A DNA stretch of 64,000 nucleotides from Clostridia bacterium (GCA_017415325.1 JAFQGY010000247.1:2018-66017), one strand, 5' to 3'; positions 28,001 through 35,827 are shown, counted from the first letter of the stretch. Numbers and translations are program-made. Notes: generated by a model from the sequence alone, not told the origin.

Positions 28001-29529
28001 CTGTCACGGATGTATTCCAGACGGGAAATATTATCTTTGGTTTCTTCCGTCTGCTTTTCCGCTTTCAGTACGTCAATGTTTTCATCGCACATGGTAGTCA
28101 TTGCATCCATGGTCTGTTCGAGCTTCTGAACGTCCCCATCGTTTTTTACAGAAGCCGCCGCCTTGGAAATGGCGTTCACTGCATCGTAATCCGAGCGGTA
28201 TACAGAATATCTCCCCGGAATGGAAGGAACATTGTAAACAGAACCCATAATCGCACCCAGAAGCCCTTCATACGCCACACTGGCTGCGTCTATTTCTGCA
28301 TCAGGGTTATATGTCGCCCTCTGGTTTGCCGTGGTGATAAGGCTCTGGATAACTTCCTCTGCACCTTCTCCGATCGCTTCGGATGCAGCCTTGGAAACCG
28401 CTTTCAGCATGGGTTTGGAACCAAAGAATCTGTTCAGTGCCTTGCCTGCATATCTGCCTACAGTATAGTCAAGAATACCGCTGCCCACACCGGCTGCACC
28501 GCCTAAGAGCATATCCACAAGTGCCTGATTTCCAGCTTCTCTCAGCGCATAATTTCCGGCCTGTTCTGTTGTAGCCCCTTCCGCTTTTGCTTCATCGAAT
28601 GCCATGGGGTATGCCTGAGCCGCAATAGTTCCTGCGGAGAGAACGGAACTTACAAGAGAAGATGGATTTCCCGTTGCATAAGACATCATCACGGCAGGAA
28701 GCATATATGCAGTGGTGGCATTCAGATCGCCAAGAGTCTTTATGACAGAATTGGAACGTGCTTTTTCATATGCCGGATTTGTGTCGGCATAATCCGAATC
28801 TTTTCCAAGCAGCTCTCTTGTTTTCTGCTCTTTTTTATTCTGCTGTTCCAGCGAATCATTGAATGCCTTGTTCCCGGCTGCCAGCGCATTCTTACCCAGT
28901 TCAATAACAGGCTTGATTTCAATGTTTCTGGCATCTTCCATATTCCCGGAACGAAGTGCCTGTGCCATCTTTTCTTTGGTGGCATCCACAGGATTGTGCT
29001 GCAGCTGAGATTCTGAACGCAGACTTTCAAAAAATGCCTTTACTGCCGGTACAGCAGCTTTCCCGGTTTTGTCAATGGCGTTCATTGCTTCATCGAACAT
29101 TTCCTGTCCTCTGCTCTGAATATAGGAAAGCCCGCTTTTCTGTTTGTAGGCAGGTTTTACAGGAAGTGCGGAAAGGGTATTCTGCAAAACCTCACGCTTG
29201 GAAGCTGTGCTGAGAGGCAGTGCAGGTGTGGTTCTGTTGACCACTCCTGTGATCGTGGTTTCGGGTATTTCCGGTGTTTTCTGTCGATTCTGCATCAGGT
29301 TAAGAGCTGCCTGTGCTGTATCTTGCTTTACAGGGACAGCAGGGCTTTGGGCATCCGGAGCATAAAATCCATGTGAATCCCCGGAAGATGTAGTTTTCTC
29401 ATCCCTACGCAAAGCAGCATAAGCGTCTGCATAATCCTTGTACTTGTCAGAATTCTGGGAGGAAGCTTTCCGGCGTTCCTCCCTTTTCTTTTTCAGTGCC
29501 TCATACGCATTCGTATATTTGGAATCCAT
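19042..29529 (-). CDS. 3,495-aa polyvalent virion protein (N6-adenine methyltransferase + SBNO/SNF2-like helicase + zincin metallopeptidase, DarB-like)
   Basis: A single uninterrupted ORF. Motifs are located below. It lies inside the virion-protein cluster, between a 426-aa protein and the fibres. Confidence 0.85.
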   Translation of the reverse strand: MDSKYTNAYEALKKKREERRKASSQNSDKYKDYADAYAALRRDEKTTSSGDSHGFYAPDAQSPAVPVKQDTAQAALNLMQNRQKTPEIPETTITGVVNRTTPALPLSTASKREVLQNTLSALPVKPAYKQKSGLSYIQSRGQEMFDEAMNAIDKTGKAAVPAVKAFFESLRSESQLQHNPVDATKEKMAQALRSGNMEDARNIEIKPVIELGKNALAAGNKAFNDSLEQQNKKEQKTRELLGKDSDYADTNPAYEKARSNSVIKTLGDLNATTAYMLPAVMMSYATGNPSSLVSSVLSAGTIAAQAYPMAFDEAKAEGATTEQAGNYALREAGNQALVDMLLGGAAGVGSGILDYTVGRYAGKALNRFFGSKPMLKAVSKAASEAIGEGAEEVIQSLITTANQRATYNPDAEIDAASVAYEGLLGAIMGSVYNVPSIPGRYSVYRSDYDAVNAISKAAASVKNDGDVQKLEQTMDAMTTMCDENIDVLKAEKQTEETKDNISRLEYIRDRVSDVREELEAHREEIITHNSDMAEALDSVVNGAADNVVENVAELVSVVEEGLEPDENAVDATIDYVVEEIRNKDEEIREAQTPEEKRQAQIGRAVMVKVDETLRENRETIEEFLRRKHDSIDWQGIEESGNAVRRGLESIFTAPKTEQNTPVSEDVAKTTETVEKTAAIPDENSGNDTTEPLQNTSESGTMEKEFSLHHFLHTDTRDGKKLNVFQSTRRLSSEEYQKLKDYMKDVGGYYSRYAKGFIVPDASRIGDIAAFADTDYVAESTAETKEPPAGTPSESVTEEAKEELRESETVRSDTSIEESGENANTTPAGKISDFVLDGLTAHRNITTQELQAAANDSYGGTMAEGAYDVKAMTDALELGVNRYILDLVGKNQGDFNTNNPNDAVESIKEIDEDILSKIPTQTKRTEEQINLQQFSTPPNIAYLASWVANIDGTDTVLEPSAGIGGLASFAKADGAAVYVNELSESRLAMLKELPFDGFYQENAEQIDNILPESVSPTVVLMNPPFSSTGGRTKNTTKNAIPHIEQALARLQEGGRLVAIVGKGMANDTPTFRGWYDTLRKNYSIRANIGINGENYRKYGTTFDVQLLVIDKTGAQTGETITGNYDDLKQIPELLKGVRNDRNRTDQQYTAGTGSEADYGTAGNDTGPEVGVAPAVSERDSEGSTDKRMERSDSGRRRTSGSDTVSGEQSDTVSGTDAGGERSGRGILDTAVPGDSGETGNVSERESAPGTGKTGVRGSNGQSAIRERMESGGRPSGGSDADHLVKKPKTKKAAEQDDGVYATYRPAALTVKGAKKHPAVLVESSAMSAVSSPELHYVPKLDQKLIDDGALSDAQLENISYAGQAHEQVLKNGARKGYFIGDGTGVGKGRQLAGIILDNFNQGRTKAVWVSEKKTLFEDAVRDWTDLGGDPAKVFDYSKDSVKKNISGISDGIIFVTYDTLKGGTQSKGGKQGVKHLDTIKNWLGEGFDGVIVFDEAHNMANLKPTKKKFGTGKPSEKAIAGNKFQAEVPDARIVYASATGATNIENLAYAQRLGLWGEGTNFVNEEDFISKIGRAGIAAMELVARDMKAMGVYLARSISYDGVVYDQLQHKLSKDQRYMYDTMSKGWQVVLQNFDKAMVLTDSTNSSQVKRARGQIYGNMQQFYNQVLSSMAMPSVIKDIEKELKAGHSCVIQLVNTNESAQDTAVSESKSKGETDLDNLDITPRQLITGYVNNAFPVQQYEEYLDEQGNKQSRPVVDSAGNPVLNRQAVKMRDALIAQINEISIPEGPLDMLINHFGADQVAEITGRSSRVVNKEDENGNIRKELEKRNSTKANIAETRDFQDGKKRILVFSSAGSTGRSYHADKRAKNQQKRIHYVLQPGWQADKAVQGFGRTHRSNQVDTPVFKLVSTDVMGHKRFVTSIARRLDQLGALTKGQRQTGSGVFGEKDNLESPLSSEALREFYKKMGNGQLSGIDPESTLKKLGLYEKFYDEYGRFKLNETVASDIPQFLNRILGLEVEEQNAVFTAFENIRQAYYDAAIEAGTLDMGMENVKADKIEIGQEETVYTDESTGAETKYIRALVYNKPSVIESVEDARVYSPNFVDIRRMEDGSVRAVYRIADQTDNFGRVSKRYRLQSPNTAVSNTMNERNLEAKTEKIPAKEWESAWKEAVHDVPEYNENEVHMITGALLPIWNRLPSDGTTKARRITTADGSQYLGRIIPPKQIDAVLRSFDVKGDNKVYTGNEIYDAVMKKAQTVVFNGQYGGTLTVSRRRVSGENRMEVTGGNLFALKQKYPDMITENIQFQNRYFIPSGEKGVAILSDMIDTLKVRSIGKDSDGDIYYKRKSAKETVREGKEYRADTPPSLDDLKITAEKMFHLPINYGKTGGKAGLYKTKEDTIRVAQAGDFLTIAHEIGHRLDNRYNLHSLPEVSELRSAFYEALEAEGYEEFQMPYEMVSEYFRSYLENAEETRKQFPKFTDAAFSLLDSGDTDNIERLSEMSNAYYDSETGKRAQAAVHNRAQENAPLHKFGVSLKEARYDPKGFMGETGKQLWDGFMINVFDDLYALKHFGSTYNTAMRERQANSVIRGWLNGNATDKYGEVLGAGITGRLSEFGVTPANRNAFDSYLVDLAALDHMKQEKKNPSGRPMGGRVYGDDRVQATVEKRIREVESKYPGFHEAAQELFRYDDLLLSRAAQSGIISEETIKQWKEKYPHYSPLYRVMDDKTKIGGKARSRYTDQNNVFKAFKGSGRDIYSPVENRMIQTENVVKAAMRNDVALAFFDYVDANENMGVFAEKIPQSMYKDIIGLFPAYQKLQNFDFKSLENLTDAERQNVLDEVQEAMGNVAESWKPRQFQGKNVVSVIRNGKPEFYEIHDKAILNALTSLSTPEMNVVSAFFSKTTAGFKVLTTGSNPFFAFTNFIRDTQSGYISSTTTVNPVKYTSDLIVAISDTFRNTEAYQRFMDAGGGYEGSMTRDMKTLRSVEWDMVPHSTIERILHVPTRIWNAFARMVDIGESAQRLAEFKRAEKAGLDCLEAMREQQEVTVNFSRRGKIGKQIDSFVPYFNASLQSFYHLLEVLGKNKDPKALKQAWAKFITMNLTMSILQQAFKIIGSAITGEDQEEEYNKLSGYIKNAYWCIPQGNGKFIRIPKQKDFMLLSTMLDRVVEFAYDENPRAFYEFTDYLSGVLMAPHSVEDVTIFGTAYALAKNETFTGAPIVSTAYQNLIPEEQFNENTSAVAKSIGALLNQSPMRIQFIMDDTTGFVGQFIEYAGNILTSIGEDGLLAGGKTALDEFTSTFRTDNTYSTDEISYFYDTKEGYDARAATYKLRGKGNGYDFYDVYGAYKYGKIADVYSKCNRFIKADGDEESSRETRRLVNAFMKSVNDTMVSEMDEEVAAIAEAAGFAVSDIAPYIVTPDQITQRENNKSYYVELTAADMLEYYTETAILFELNYPSILQEDGTATEKAAALESIRDDINSYMREQWFRKLMERDGVKIK
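22282..22296 (-). other. HExxH zinc-metallopeptidase motif of the giant protein (aa ~2412)
   Basis: Codons CAC GAA ATC GGT CAC encode HEIGH within ...GDFLTIAHEIGHRLDNRY... Confidence 0.6.
23650..25542 (-). other. helicase region of the giant protein (aa ~1330-1960)
   Basis: P-loop GDGTGVGKGRQ (25369-25395), DEAH in VIVFDEAHNMAN (25042-25053), and the C-terminal lobe ILVFSSAGSTGRSYHAD and QGFGRTHRSNQ (23833-23865). This architecture resembles strawberry-notch-type helicases. Confidence 0.75.
25680..26117 (-). CDS. embedded +1-frame ORF: acidic 145-aa protein (candidate overlapping gene)
   Basis: ATG at 26117 lies 6 nt after AAAGGAG (26130-26124). The sequence looks globular (28 D+E vs 12 K+R) with CTG/CCG/CGG-rich codons. 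The giant-gene frame is low-complexity over the same nucleotides. Confidence 0.45.
   Translation of the reverse strand: MTETERINSTPLGQEVKRIMELLGMTPDPKSVWLLQYLKETAREALTNGWSGQIPADDGLLEVTLYLENSPIQYRELMQEENDLGEEYWTPQFREIREKLETYLKENPLPAPAKQEFEEAMDNLQFENAWNLADGPLGEVMQTIW
26155..26770 (-). other. N6-adenine DNA methyltransferase domain of the giant protein (aa ~920-1125)
   Basis: Motif I LEPSAGIGGL (26641-26664) and motif IV NPPF (26458-26469). Confidence 0.8.
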
Positions 29530-29541
29530 ATGTTCTCTCCT

Positions 29542-30822
29542 TTAATTTCCGGTATTCAATGTGTATCCGCTTGTGCCAGATGTTAGTTTGTTAAGATTAT
29601 TGATGTAATTCCGGATTTCCTGTTCATATTCCGGATGCAGGCCAACCGCAGCCTGATATACATCAGAAAGAGATGTGATACCATTCTGTTTGGAACGGAA
29701 CATGTTGTACAGTTCATGAAGATCAGCATATAGACCATTCAACGGTTCTGTTTCTGCCGCTTCCTCATCTACTGCTTCCTTCTTCGCCGCTTCAATCTCC
29801 GCCATATCCGCTTCATAGGTCTTGTCAGCCTTGTATCTGTCTGCCGCTGCCTGTGCATACGCTTCCTGCAGAGCCTGATCCGCCTTGTACTGCGCTCCCT
29901 GCAGATCAATGTCCGCTCCATACTTTGTCCCTTCAAGGGTCTTGTCAGCCTGATATTTCGATGTTTCCCCTGTGATGTTCGCCACAAGTTCATCAATCTG
30001 TGCCTGATACTTTGCCCGTTCCATGGCCGCTGCCTGATTGAGTGCATTCTGTCTCTCCGACGAATCAATCTGGTAATACTGTGACCCGATGTTCAGTGCA
30101 TCATTGTTCTGCGCACCCATGGTGCCAAGGTGAGCCCCAATGCTGTCATACATGTTCTGGTATGCCGCAAGCTGCTGTGCAATGGTGTCAAGTGCCGCCT
30201 GTGTCCCTGCTGTGGTAAAGGCAAGCTGCTGCCGGTTTGCGTTGGCTGCTGCATAGGAATCAATGTTCCCGCTGTTTCCTGCCGCCCCGGTTGCCAGCGC
30301 ACCCTTCGCCGCATTCTGTCCACCAAGCTGATACTGTGCCATCAGATTTTCATACCACGGCTGTTTGGTCATGTCCAGATTGTTGATGTAGTCAAGCTGA
30401 CCCTTGCCGGTATTGTAGTAGTCCACGTTCAGCCCGGATACCACATTCCCGTTGGCATCTTTTCTGACATCCCCGTTCAGCAGATCATTATTTTTATTAT
30501 ACACAGCCATGATCTGGTCAACCGTTTCGCTCCGCACAGGCTTGGACGCTTCTTCAATCTTCTGCCCCACAAGATTGTCATACCAGTCATATTCCGTAGG
30601 TGCGTTGTATCCTTTCAGGATTTCCAGTGAACCTGTGTAATCCACCCCGGCCAGCTTATCCGCAACATCCCCTTTTCCGTTGTCCCGCAGGTTCTGATAA
30701 TACTGTACGGCTTCCTGCGCATACTGTGTGGGATCCTGACCTTTTTCCTTGGCTGTGTGATAGCTGCCCTTCAATTCCGAAATTTTCTTTACATCCTCAT
30801 AAGGATTATATTTCTTGGCCAT
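29542..30822 (-). CDS. virion-associated protein (Q/A/N-rich, coiled-coil)
   Basis: 426 aa. First gene after late-motif site 2, directly upstream of the giant gene. No family recognised. Confidence 0.5.
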   Translation of the reverse strand: MAKKYNPYEDVKKISELKGSYHTAKEKGQDPTQYAQEAVQYYQNLRDNGKGDVADKLAGVDYTGSLEILKGYNAPTEYDWYDNLVGQKIEEASKPVRSETVDQIMAVYNKNNDLLNGDVRKDANGNVVSGLNVDYYNTGKGQLDYINNLDMTKQPWYENLMAQYQLGGQNAAKGALATGAAGNSGNIDSYAAANANRQQLAFTTAGTQAALDTIAQQLAAYQNMYDSIGAHLGTMGAQNNDALNIGSQYYQIDSSERQNALNQAAAMERAKYQAQIDELVANITGETSKYQADKTLEGTKYGADIDLQGAQYKADQALQEAYAQAAADRYKADKTYEADMAEIEAAKKEAVDEEAAETEPLNGLYADLHELYNMFRSKQNGITSLSDVYQAAVGLHPEYEQEIRNYINNLNKLTSGTSGYTLNTGN

Positions 30823-30869
30823 ATCAAGCCCTCCTTTTTACTGTATACGTTAATTATATTTGAACAAAC

Positions 30870-30890
30870 CCCCGTAAAAGTGACATCTTT
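30870..30890 (-). promoter_or_regulatory. conserved late motif, site 2
   Basis: Minus strand reads AAAGATGTCACTTTTACGGGG, 47 nt upstream of the ATG at 30822. A GGGGT...ACCCC hairpin precedes it, after the stop at 30927. Confidence 0.55.
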
Positions 30891-30926
30891 TTATAAATAA
30901 TGGGGTAATCCCGAAGGAAAACCCCA

Positions 30927-32156
30927 TCAAGAAGAACCGTTCAGAAACCCATAGAGCATCTGGTTCACGTAAGCAGCAACAGCCGCACCGCTGACAGGAT
31001 CAGCCCCATCCTCTGTCACCGTTCCCGCTATCGTGATGTTTTTTGCATTGGTCACGGTAAATCTGGTGGTAGAGCCATCGGAAAAGGTAATGGTGTAGGT
31101 ATCCACATTGTCCTCCGATGCAGTTTTCTCCACCGTAAGAATTCCTTTTCCTTCCAGATCGGAAAGAGGAATCAGATTCATCCACTCTCCGCCCTCCTGC
31201 CGCCACTGGATATACCCGCCGGAAACTTGCATTTCCACGGATTTTCCGTCCTCCCCACGGATTCCGTTCACAGAACCGTTGTTTTTCCATGTGCCGCTGA
31301 CGCCGTCATAAATGAAAATGTCATATGGTGCTTCCGTTCCCACCCCGTACGCCATCCCGGCAGAAGGTTCCGGTACCGCCGCTTCCAGTGCTTCCAGCGT
31401 ATCATAATACCCCAGTATCACAAAATTCTTGCCGTCAGAACCGTTGTATACCTGATATTCCGTGGAAGAATTGTCCGAATAGAATATGGTATAGGTGTCG
31501 TATTCCCCCGGCTTTCCTGTGCCTGAAGTGCGGTATATGGCAATGATCCCACGGTCAAAGATTTGTACCTCCTGCGCATTGAAAGGATCAATAACCACTC
31601 TATAATCTTCCGGAACATCGTCAAGGGTTTCTCCCTCAGAAAGGATGTATACCCCGGGGTCGCCGACTTCCCCTTTGTCGCCACGGTCGCCCTTGTCCCC
31701 TTTATCCCCCTTGTCGCCTTTGAATTCCCCGGAATCCTTGGCGTTTGTCAGGGCCTTTTCAATATCATCCACAAGCCCTTTTCTGAGCTGCTCATACATG
31801 GTGGGTGTGCCGTAAATCCCGTTTGCCGCCTTGTCATCCAGAGTGTGACGGACAATCAGGTGACAGGGATCGGTAAGCAGCCGTTCATGCAGCAGACCAT
31901 GTTCCAGAATATACCCGTGAAATACCACACTGGCATCCCCGGAATATTTCTTGACCTCCCACGGAATGGGGATAGCCTTGCCCATCCAAGCGATTTCCAC
32001 TTCCCGGCCACGGGAGGGCTGAAATACCGCTTTTATCAGCATCCTGTCCCAGTCATCGGAGAAGTCCGGTTCCAGAAAGTCAACCCCCACAGACCCTTTC
32101 GTCCCCACTTCCAGCACATCCGGAAACACTTTATCCTTCAACACCTGTATCTTCAT
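30927..32156 (-). CDS. collagen-like-repeat fibre/structural protein
   Basis: ATG at 32156 follows GAAGGAGG. It contains the G-x-y run GDKGDKGDKGDRGDKGEVGDPG. Confidence 0.6.
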   Translation of the reverse strand: MKIQVLKDKVFPDVLEVGTKGSVGVDFLEPDFSDDWDRMLIKAVFQPSRGREVEIAWMGKAIPIPWEVKKYSGDASVVFHGYILEHGLLHERLLTDPCHLIVRHTLDDKAANGIYGTPTMYEQLRKGLVDDIEKALTNAKDSGEFKGDKGDKGDKGDRGDKGEVGDPGVYILSEGETLDDVPEDYRVVIDPFNAQEVQIFDRGIIAIYRTSGTGKPGEYDTYTIFYSDNSSTEYQVYNGSDGKNFVILGYYDTLEALEAAVPEPSAGMAYGVGTEAPYDIFIYDGVSGTWKNNGSVNGIRGEDGKSVEMQVSGGYIQWRQEGGEWMNLIPLSDLEGKGILTVEKTASEDNVDTYTITFSDGSTTRFTVTNAKNITIAGTVTEDGADPVSGAAVAAYVNQMLYGFLNGSS

Positions 32157-32325
32157 GGGTTTCCTCCTTCTTTTCAGTGAATTCCGTCTGTTCCAGTGTC
32201 TTATACACCAGTGCCAGCTTGTCACGGATCAATACTTTTCTGTAGCAGTCTTTGAAATCTGTCACGGGAATCTGTTCCAACTGTACAAGACTTTCCTTGA
32301 TAAGGTTTAAAATGTCGTTTTTCAT
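32131..32325 (-). CDS. small hypothetical protein
   Basis: 64 aa, helical. It overlaps the next gene by 26 nt. Confidence 0.4.
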   Translation of the reverse strand: MKNDILNLIKESLVQLEQIPVTDFKDCYRKVLIRDKLALVYKTLEQTEFTEKKEETHEDTGVEG

Positions 32326-32338
32326 GATTTTTCTCCTG

Positions 32339-33400
32339 TTACTGGTAATAAGGATTTTCTACAAGTTTATGTGTCCCGAAATATATACCATCGAGCGCAA
32401 ATACATAGTCGTAGTCAGAATATACAGGATATGCGTCATTTGCAGTATCAAAACTCGAAACAGCTCTTATTCTGGTACAATATGGAGATGCAAGTGTTAT
32501 ATATGCTCCTTCCATATATACATCTTCCATGGATTCAATGGATGTACCGCCCGCAGACCTTAATTTGATTGCAGGTTGATAATAATTACCTCTCCTTGTT
32601 TTGAGTTCGTATGTCTCCAGAAGCAACGCATAACGACTGTAAGTTCCGGTATCTTCTCCATCTGCTTTCATTGTTACAGCACCTACAGTTTCGGAGGTTT
32701 CCACACCGCCTGTATCAAGCCAATAATTGAAATTCAGTCTGCTTGTACTTTCAATTTCATCGTACTCATCATCTATCATACCATTCATTTCCATGGTGAT
32801 TCTGTTTCCGGAAATAATTGCTGTGCCGTCTATCCCAATATCATCAAACGTGACATACCCGTTCAAATTGATTGAACCGGCTACCAATTCTGCAAAAGAT
32901 TCATCATCCTTAAAGGCAAGGGTGAACTGCGCTGTGTTGATTTTGTTTTCGTCTGTGACAATAAGAGCTATTTTACTCTCATTTTCAGATGCTGAAACCT
33001 CCACTGCAGCCAATCTGTCATCGTATTTTGCCACAATATCCACGGAAGCCTGTAAACTGTCCGCTGTTGCCTGCACATACGAAACTGCTTCTTTGATTTC
33101 ACCGTCTATCTCCGTCTTGAATGAAGCAAGCATTTTTGCAACCGCTCCATCTTCCGATGTAATAGCCGATATTTCCGCTCTGGCATCCGCAATTTCGCTG
33201 GAATAGTGAGAAAACAACCGCTTCATGGAAGGGGACATATTCCGCATGTCAATATTGTAAAGCGCATCCAGATTGTCCCGGTTTCTCTTGATGTTTTCAT
33301 CCTTGATCCGTTTAATATCTTCCCGCAGCCTGTCAAGTGCATTGTCCCCGGAAGGTTTCTTCCCATCTTTGGGAGCCGATTCCTCCTTGGGAACATACAT
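32339..33400 (-). CDS. virion structural protein (start uncertain)
   Basis: The ORF is open from 33514. I place the start at the ATG at 33400 (MYVPKEE), 10 nt after the upstream stop. No clear SD. Coiled-coil N-terminus. Confidence 0.45.
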   Translation of the reverse strand: MYVPKEESAPKDGKKPSGDNALDRLREDIKRIKDENIKRNRDNLDALYNIDMRNMSPSMKRLFSHYSSEIADARAEISAITSEDGAVAKMLASFKTEIDGEIKEAVSYVQATADSLQASVDIVAKYDDRLAAVEVSASENESKIALIVTDENKINTAQFTLAFKDDESFAELVAGSINLNGYVTFDDIGIDGTAIISGNRITMEMNGMIDDEYDEIESTSRLNFNYWLDTGGVETSETVGAVTMKADGEDTGTYSRYALLLETYELKTRRGNYYQPAIKLRSAGGTSIESMEDVYMEGAYITLASPYCTRIRAVSSFDTANDAYPVYSDYDYVFALDGIYFGTHKLVENPYYQ

Positions 33401-33410
33401 GGAGCCGTAC

Positions 33411-34853
33411 TTACCGTTCTTTATAGTAATCACCTCCCCATGAAATCTGCAGTTCCGCCGCATGGATCCGTACTTTGCCATGTCCCACAAACCGAATCCT
33501 GTGCATATCCGCACTCATGCCCCGCACAAGCGCACTCAGCGTCCGCCAGCCGTGACCTTTGGAGGACAGCACCTTTCTGGTGGTAACCTTGTTGAATGTC
33601 TCCCCGTCTTTTAAAAGGTAGACTTCCAGCGATGCCAACGGTGCAATCTCGCAAAGTACCGTGATTTTCTTGACCCGCCGCACATCCAGTCGACCTGCAG
33701 CCATGAAATCTGTCTCAAACCACCAGTCACCATAAGACATATCCGTTTCCTGCATCCCGTCAATTCTGGCAATGGTTCCATCACGGAACAGCGCATACAG
33801 CCCGTTTTCGTTGGCGGCAAACTGCATAATCCCGGAGGGAAGCACTCTTTCAGACCACACACCGTCCCGCAGGGTGTACAGTGTATCCCCCACACAAAGA
33901 TAGGTTCTGTCCTTGTAAGACCCCATACAGGCTCCCCTGTAGTCTGTGATGCCCAGTTCTTCCCCCACAGCCTTGGGAACTCCACCCGTAAAGGCATATA
34001 CCATATCAGAGGATGCAAAATACAGCGTTCCTTCCGTTTCTGTAATGGCCTTGGGATTGTCCGCCCCGTAAGCCGTCACATCCACAATCCGGAATGGGTT
34101 TTCGTCATTATATACAAGCTGCGTGAAATCCTTTTTGAACAGAACCACATGGTTGTCGTATGTCCAGATTCCCGTGAAATTCCCGTCCGCTTTTACATTG
34201 CTCTGGCTGGTGGATACCCATGCATTTTTGGGAGAAGTTTCGTCCGCTGTGTCCAGTTCCCAGAACGTATAGTCGTTGAACCCGGACGCATATACCCGGT
34301 CATCGTCCACACCAAATACACGGGATCCGTATACCGTGGCATATTTGATGGAAGGGTAAGCATCCCCCAGAGAAGCAGGTACAAAGTTTTCGCTTATATG
34401 GAAGTCCATGGATTTCTGGTCGGGATAAATCACCAGTTTCCGGTTGTATGTAGCAGAAACGATGTTTTCCGTCCCTTCCAGCACATTGAACTGCACAATG
34501 GAACGATGCTCGAAATCCCTTGCATCTCCCTTTGCATCCCCCACAATGCCGGTAAAATTTCGACCATTTTTGTGATAGTCCGCCCGGATTTTTCCAGCCG
34601 CACGATACAGTACCACCAGAAAATCATCAAAACCATAGATCCCTATAGGCTCTGCATACTTCGTGAACGGTTCAAACACAGGAGCAGCACTTACATACGG
34701 AGGATTGATGTTTACCCCGTCACAGGCTGTAATATCCCCCGTATCAATCACACGGGAACGGTTCAGACCTCCCCACCCCCAGCGGATTAGACGATACCGG
34801 GATTCCCCGGAAGGAACAGCCATGCTTCCATATGAAAATTCCTTATTCGCCAT
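33411..34853 (-). CDS. virion structural protein (tail/nozzle candidate)
   Basis: ATG at 34853 (MANKEFSYGSM). 480 aa, beta-rich. The call is by position only. Confidence 0.5.
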   Translation of the reverse strand: MANKEFSYGSMAVPSGESRYRLIRWGWGGLNRSRVIDTGDITACDGVNINPPYVSAAPVFEPFTKYAEPIGIYGFDDFLVVLYRAAGKIRADYHKNGRNFTGIVGDAKGDARDFEHRSIVQFNVLEGTENIVSATYNRKLVIYPDQKSMDFHISENFVPASLGDAYPSIKYATVYGSRVFGVDDDRVYASGFNDYTFWELDTADETSPKNAWVSTSQSNVKADGNFTGIWTYDNHVVLFKKDFTQLVYNDENPFRIVDVTAYGADNPKAITETEGTLYFASSDMVYAFTGGVPKAVGEELGITDYRGACMGSYKDRTYLCVGDTLYTLRDGVWSERVLPSGIMQFAANENGLYALFRDGTIARIDGMQETDMSYGDWWFETDFMAAGRLDVRRVKKITVLCEIAPLASLEVYLLKDGETFNKVTTRKVLSSKGHGWRTLSALVRGMSADMHRIRFVGHGKVRIHAAELQISWGGDYYKER

Positions 34854-35424
34854 ATCTATCGTTCCTTCCCGCTGCCCAAATCTTAAACGATTCCAGCTGC
34901 ATGTTGTAGTCCTGCATCCATTTTCCTGCAAGTCCGTCCTCGTTGGCAATTTTGTAGGATTCAGAGCGCATCCGTGCCGCCAGCATATCCAGCCATTCCA
35001 CCGGCAGATGAATGTGTTCTTCCCCCGTAACCTTTACAGCAGGACGCAGACGGTATACAATCGTCACCACAGCAGGATCATACACCGGATGCAGCACCAG
35101 ATTCCCCGCATAGTCAGTCCAGAACATGGGTCTGTCCGGCACACCAATCCCGGCAATCACTCCCGCCCTGTCCAGCTCCACATCATCCCCATATACGCTG
35201 ACGACATCATCATAGATGACATTCTCCCCGATCTCTCCAAACGGTATTTTCTCTGTGTACGGCACTTCGGTCTGTACATATTCTGCGAGAATTTCCGCAT
35301 ACAGGAACTGTTCGACTGTGTTGATCCACCGCAGCCACGATGCTTCCGGTATGACTGCCGAAATGTCCGCTTCCTCCCGCAGTGTCGCAATGAATTCTTT
35401 TGCTGTGATGCCGCAATCATACAT
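34843..35424 (-). CDS. head-tail joining candidate
   Basis: 193 aa, downstream of the capsid gene. The call is by position only. Confidence 0.45.
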   Translation of the reverse strand: MYDCGITAKEFIATLREEADISAVIPEASWLRWINTVEQFLYAEILAEYVQTEVPYTEKIPFGEIGENVIYDDVVSVYGDDVELDRAGVIAGIGVPDRPMFWTDYAGNLVLHPVYDPAVVTIVYRLRPAVKVTGEEHIHLPVEWLDMLAARMRSESYKIANEDGLAGKWMQDYNMQLESFKIWAAGRNDRYGE

Positions 35425-35827
35425 CGTAATACCCCCTTGCCAGAAATTTTCCTTTCCCGTGAACCCGTGACCATACAGCCCTGTATGCGTTTTCCGCTTC
35501 TTCTACGAAATCTACCTTCCGATCTTCGTTTTTCGATACCATATAGGCAATGTTATCCACCAGAGCCGTAAAATACATCTCATCCACCGGAATATCCGTG
35601 TCCAGAGACGTAGGTTTCACGTAGGATGACTGCCCCACTACATATTTCATGCCGTATTTTGATATAAGATACTGCACTGTGATGTGGAGATAGGACAGGA
35701 ATTTCGGCTGCGAACAGGGCGTGTCCACCAGTACCGCTTCATAAATGTCTCTGATATACATGTTTCCCTCCATAAACCAGAAATGGGAGCGGGAGTGTTC
35801 TCCTGCCCCCATCTCGTTTCGGGTCAT
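35417..35827 (-). CDS. head-tail joining candidate
   Basis: 136 aa. Its start overlaps the capsid gene stop. Confidence 0.45.
   Translation of the reverse strand: MTRNEMGAGEHSRSHFWFMEGNMYIRDIYEAVLVDTPCSQPKFLSYLHITVQYLISKYGMKYVVGQSSYVKPTSLDTDIPVDEMYFTALVDNIAYMVSKNEDRKVDFVEEAENAYRAVWSRVHGKGKFLARGYYDV

Noticed and set aside
33400-33514. Direct repeat GGCAAAGTACGGATCCATG / GGTAAGTACGGCTCCATG at the junction of two structural genes, with a 100-nt ORF overlap (possible programmed frameshift)
   Set aside because: There is no slippery heptamer or downstream structure. The overlap disappears if the downstream gene starts at the ATG at 33400, so I treat this as start-codon ambiguity.
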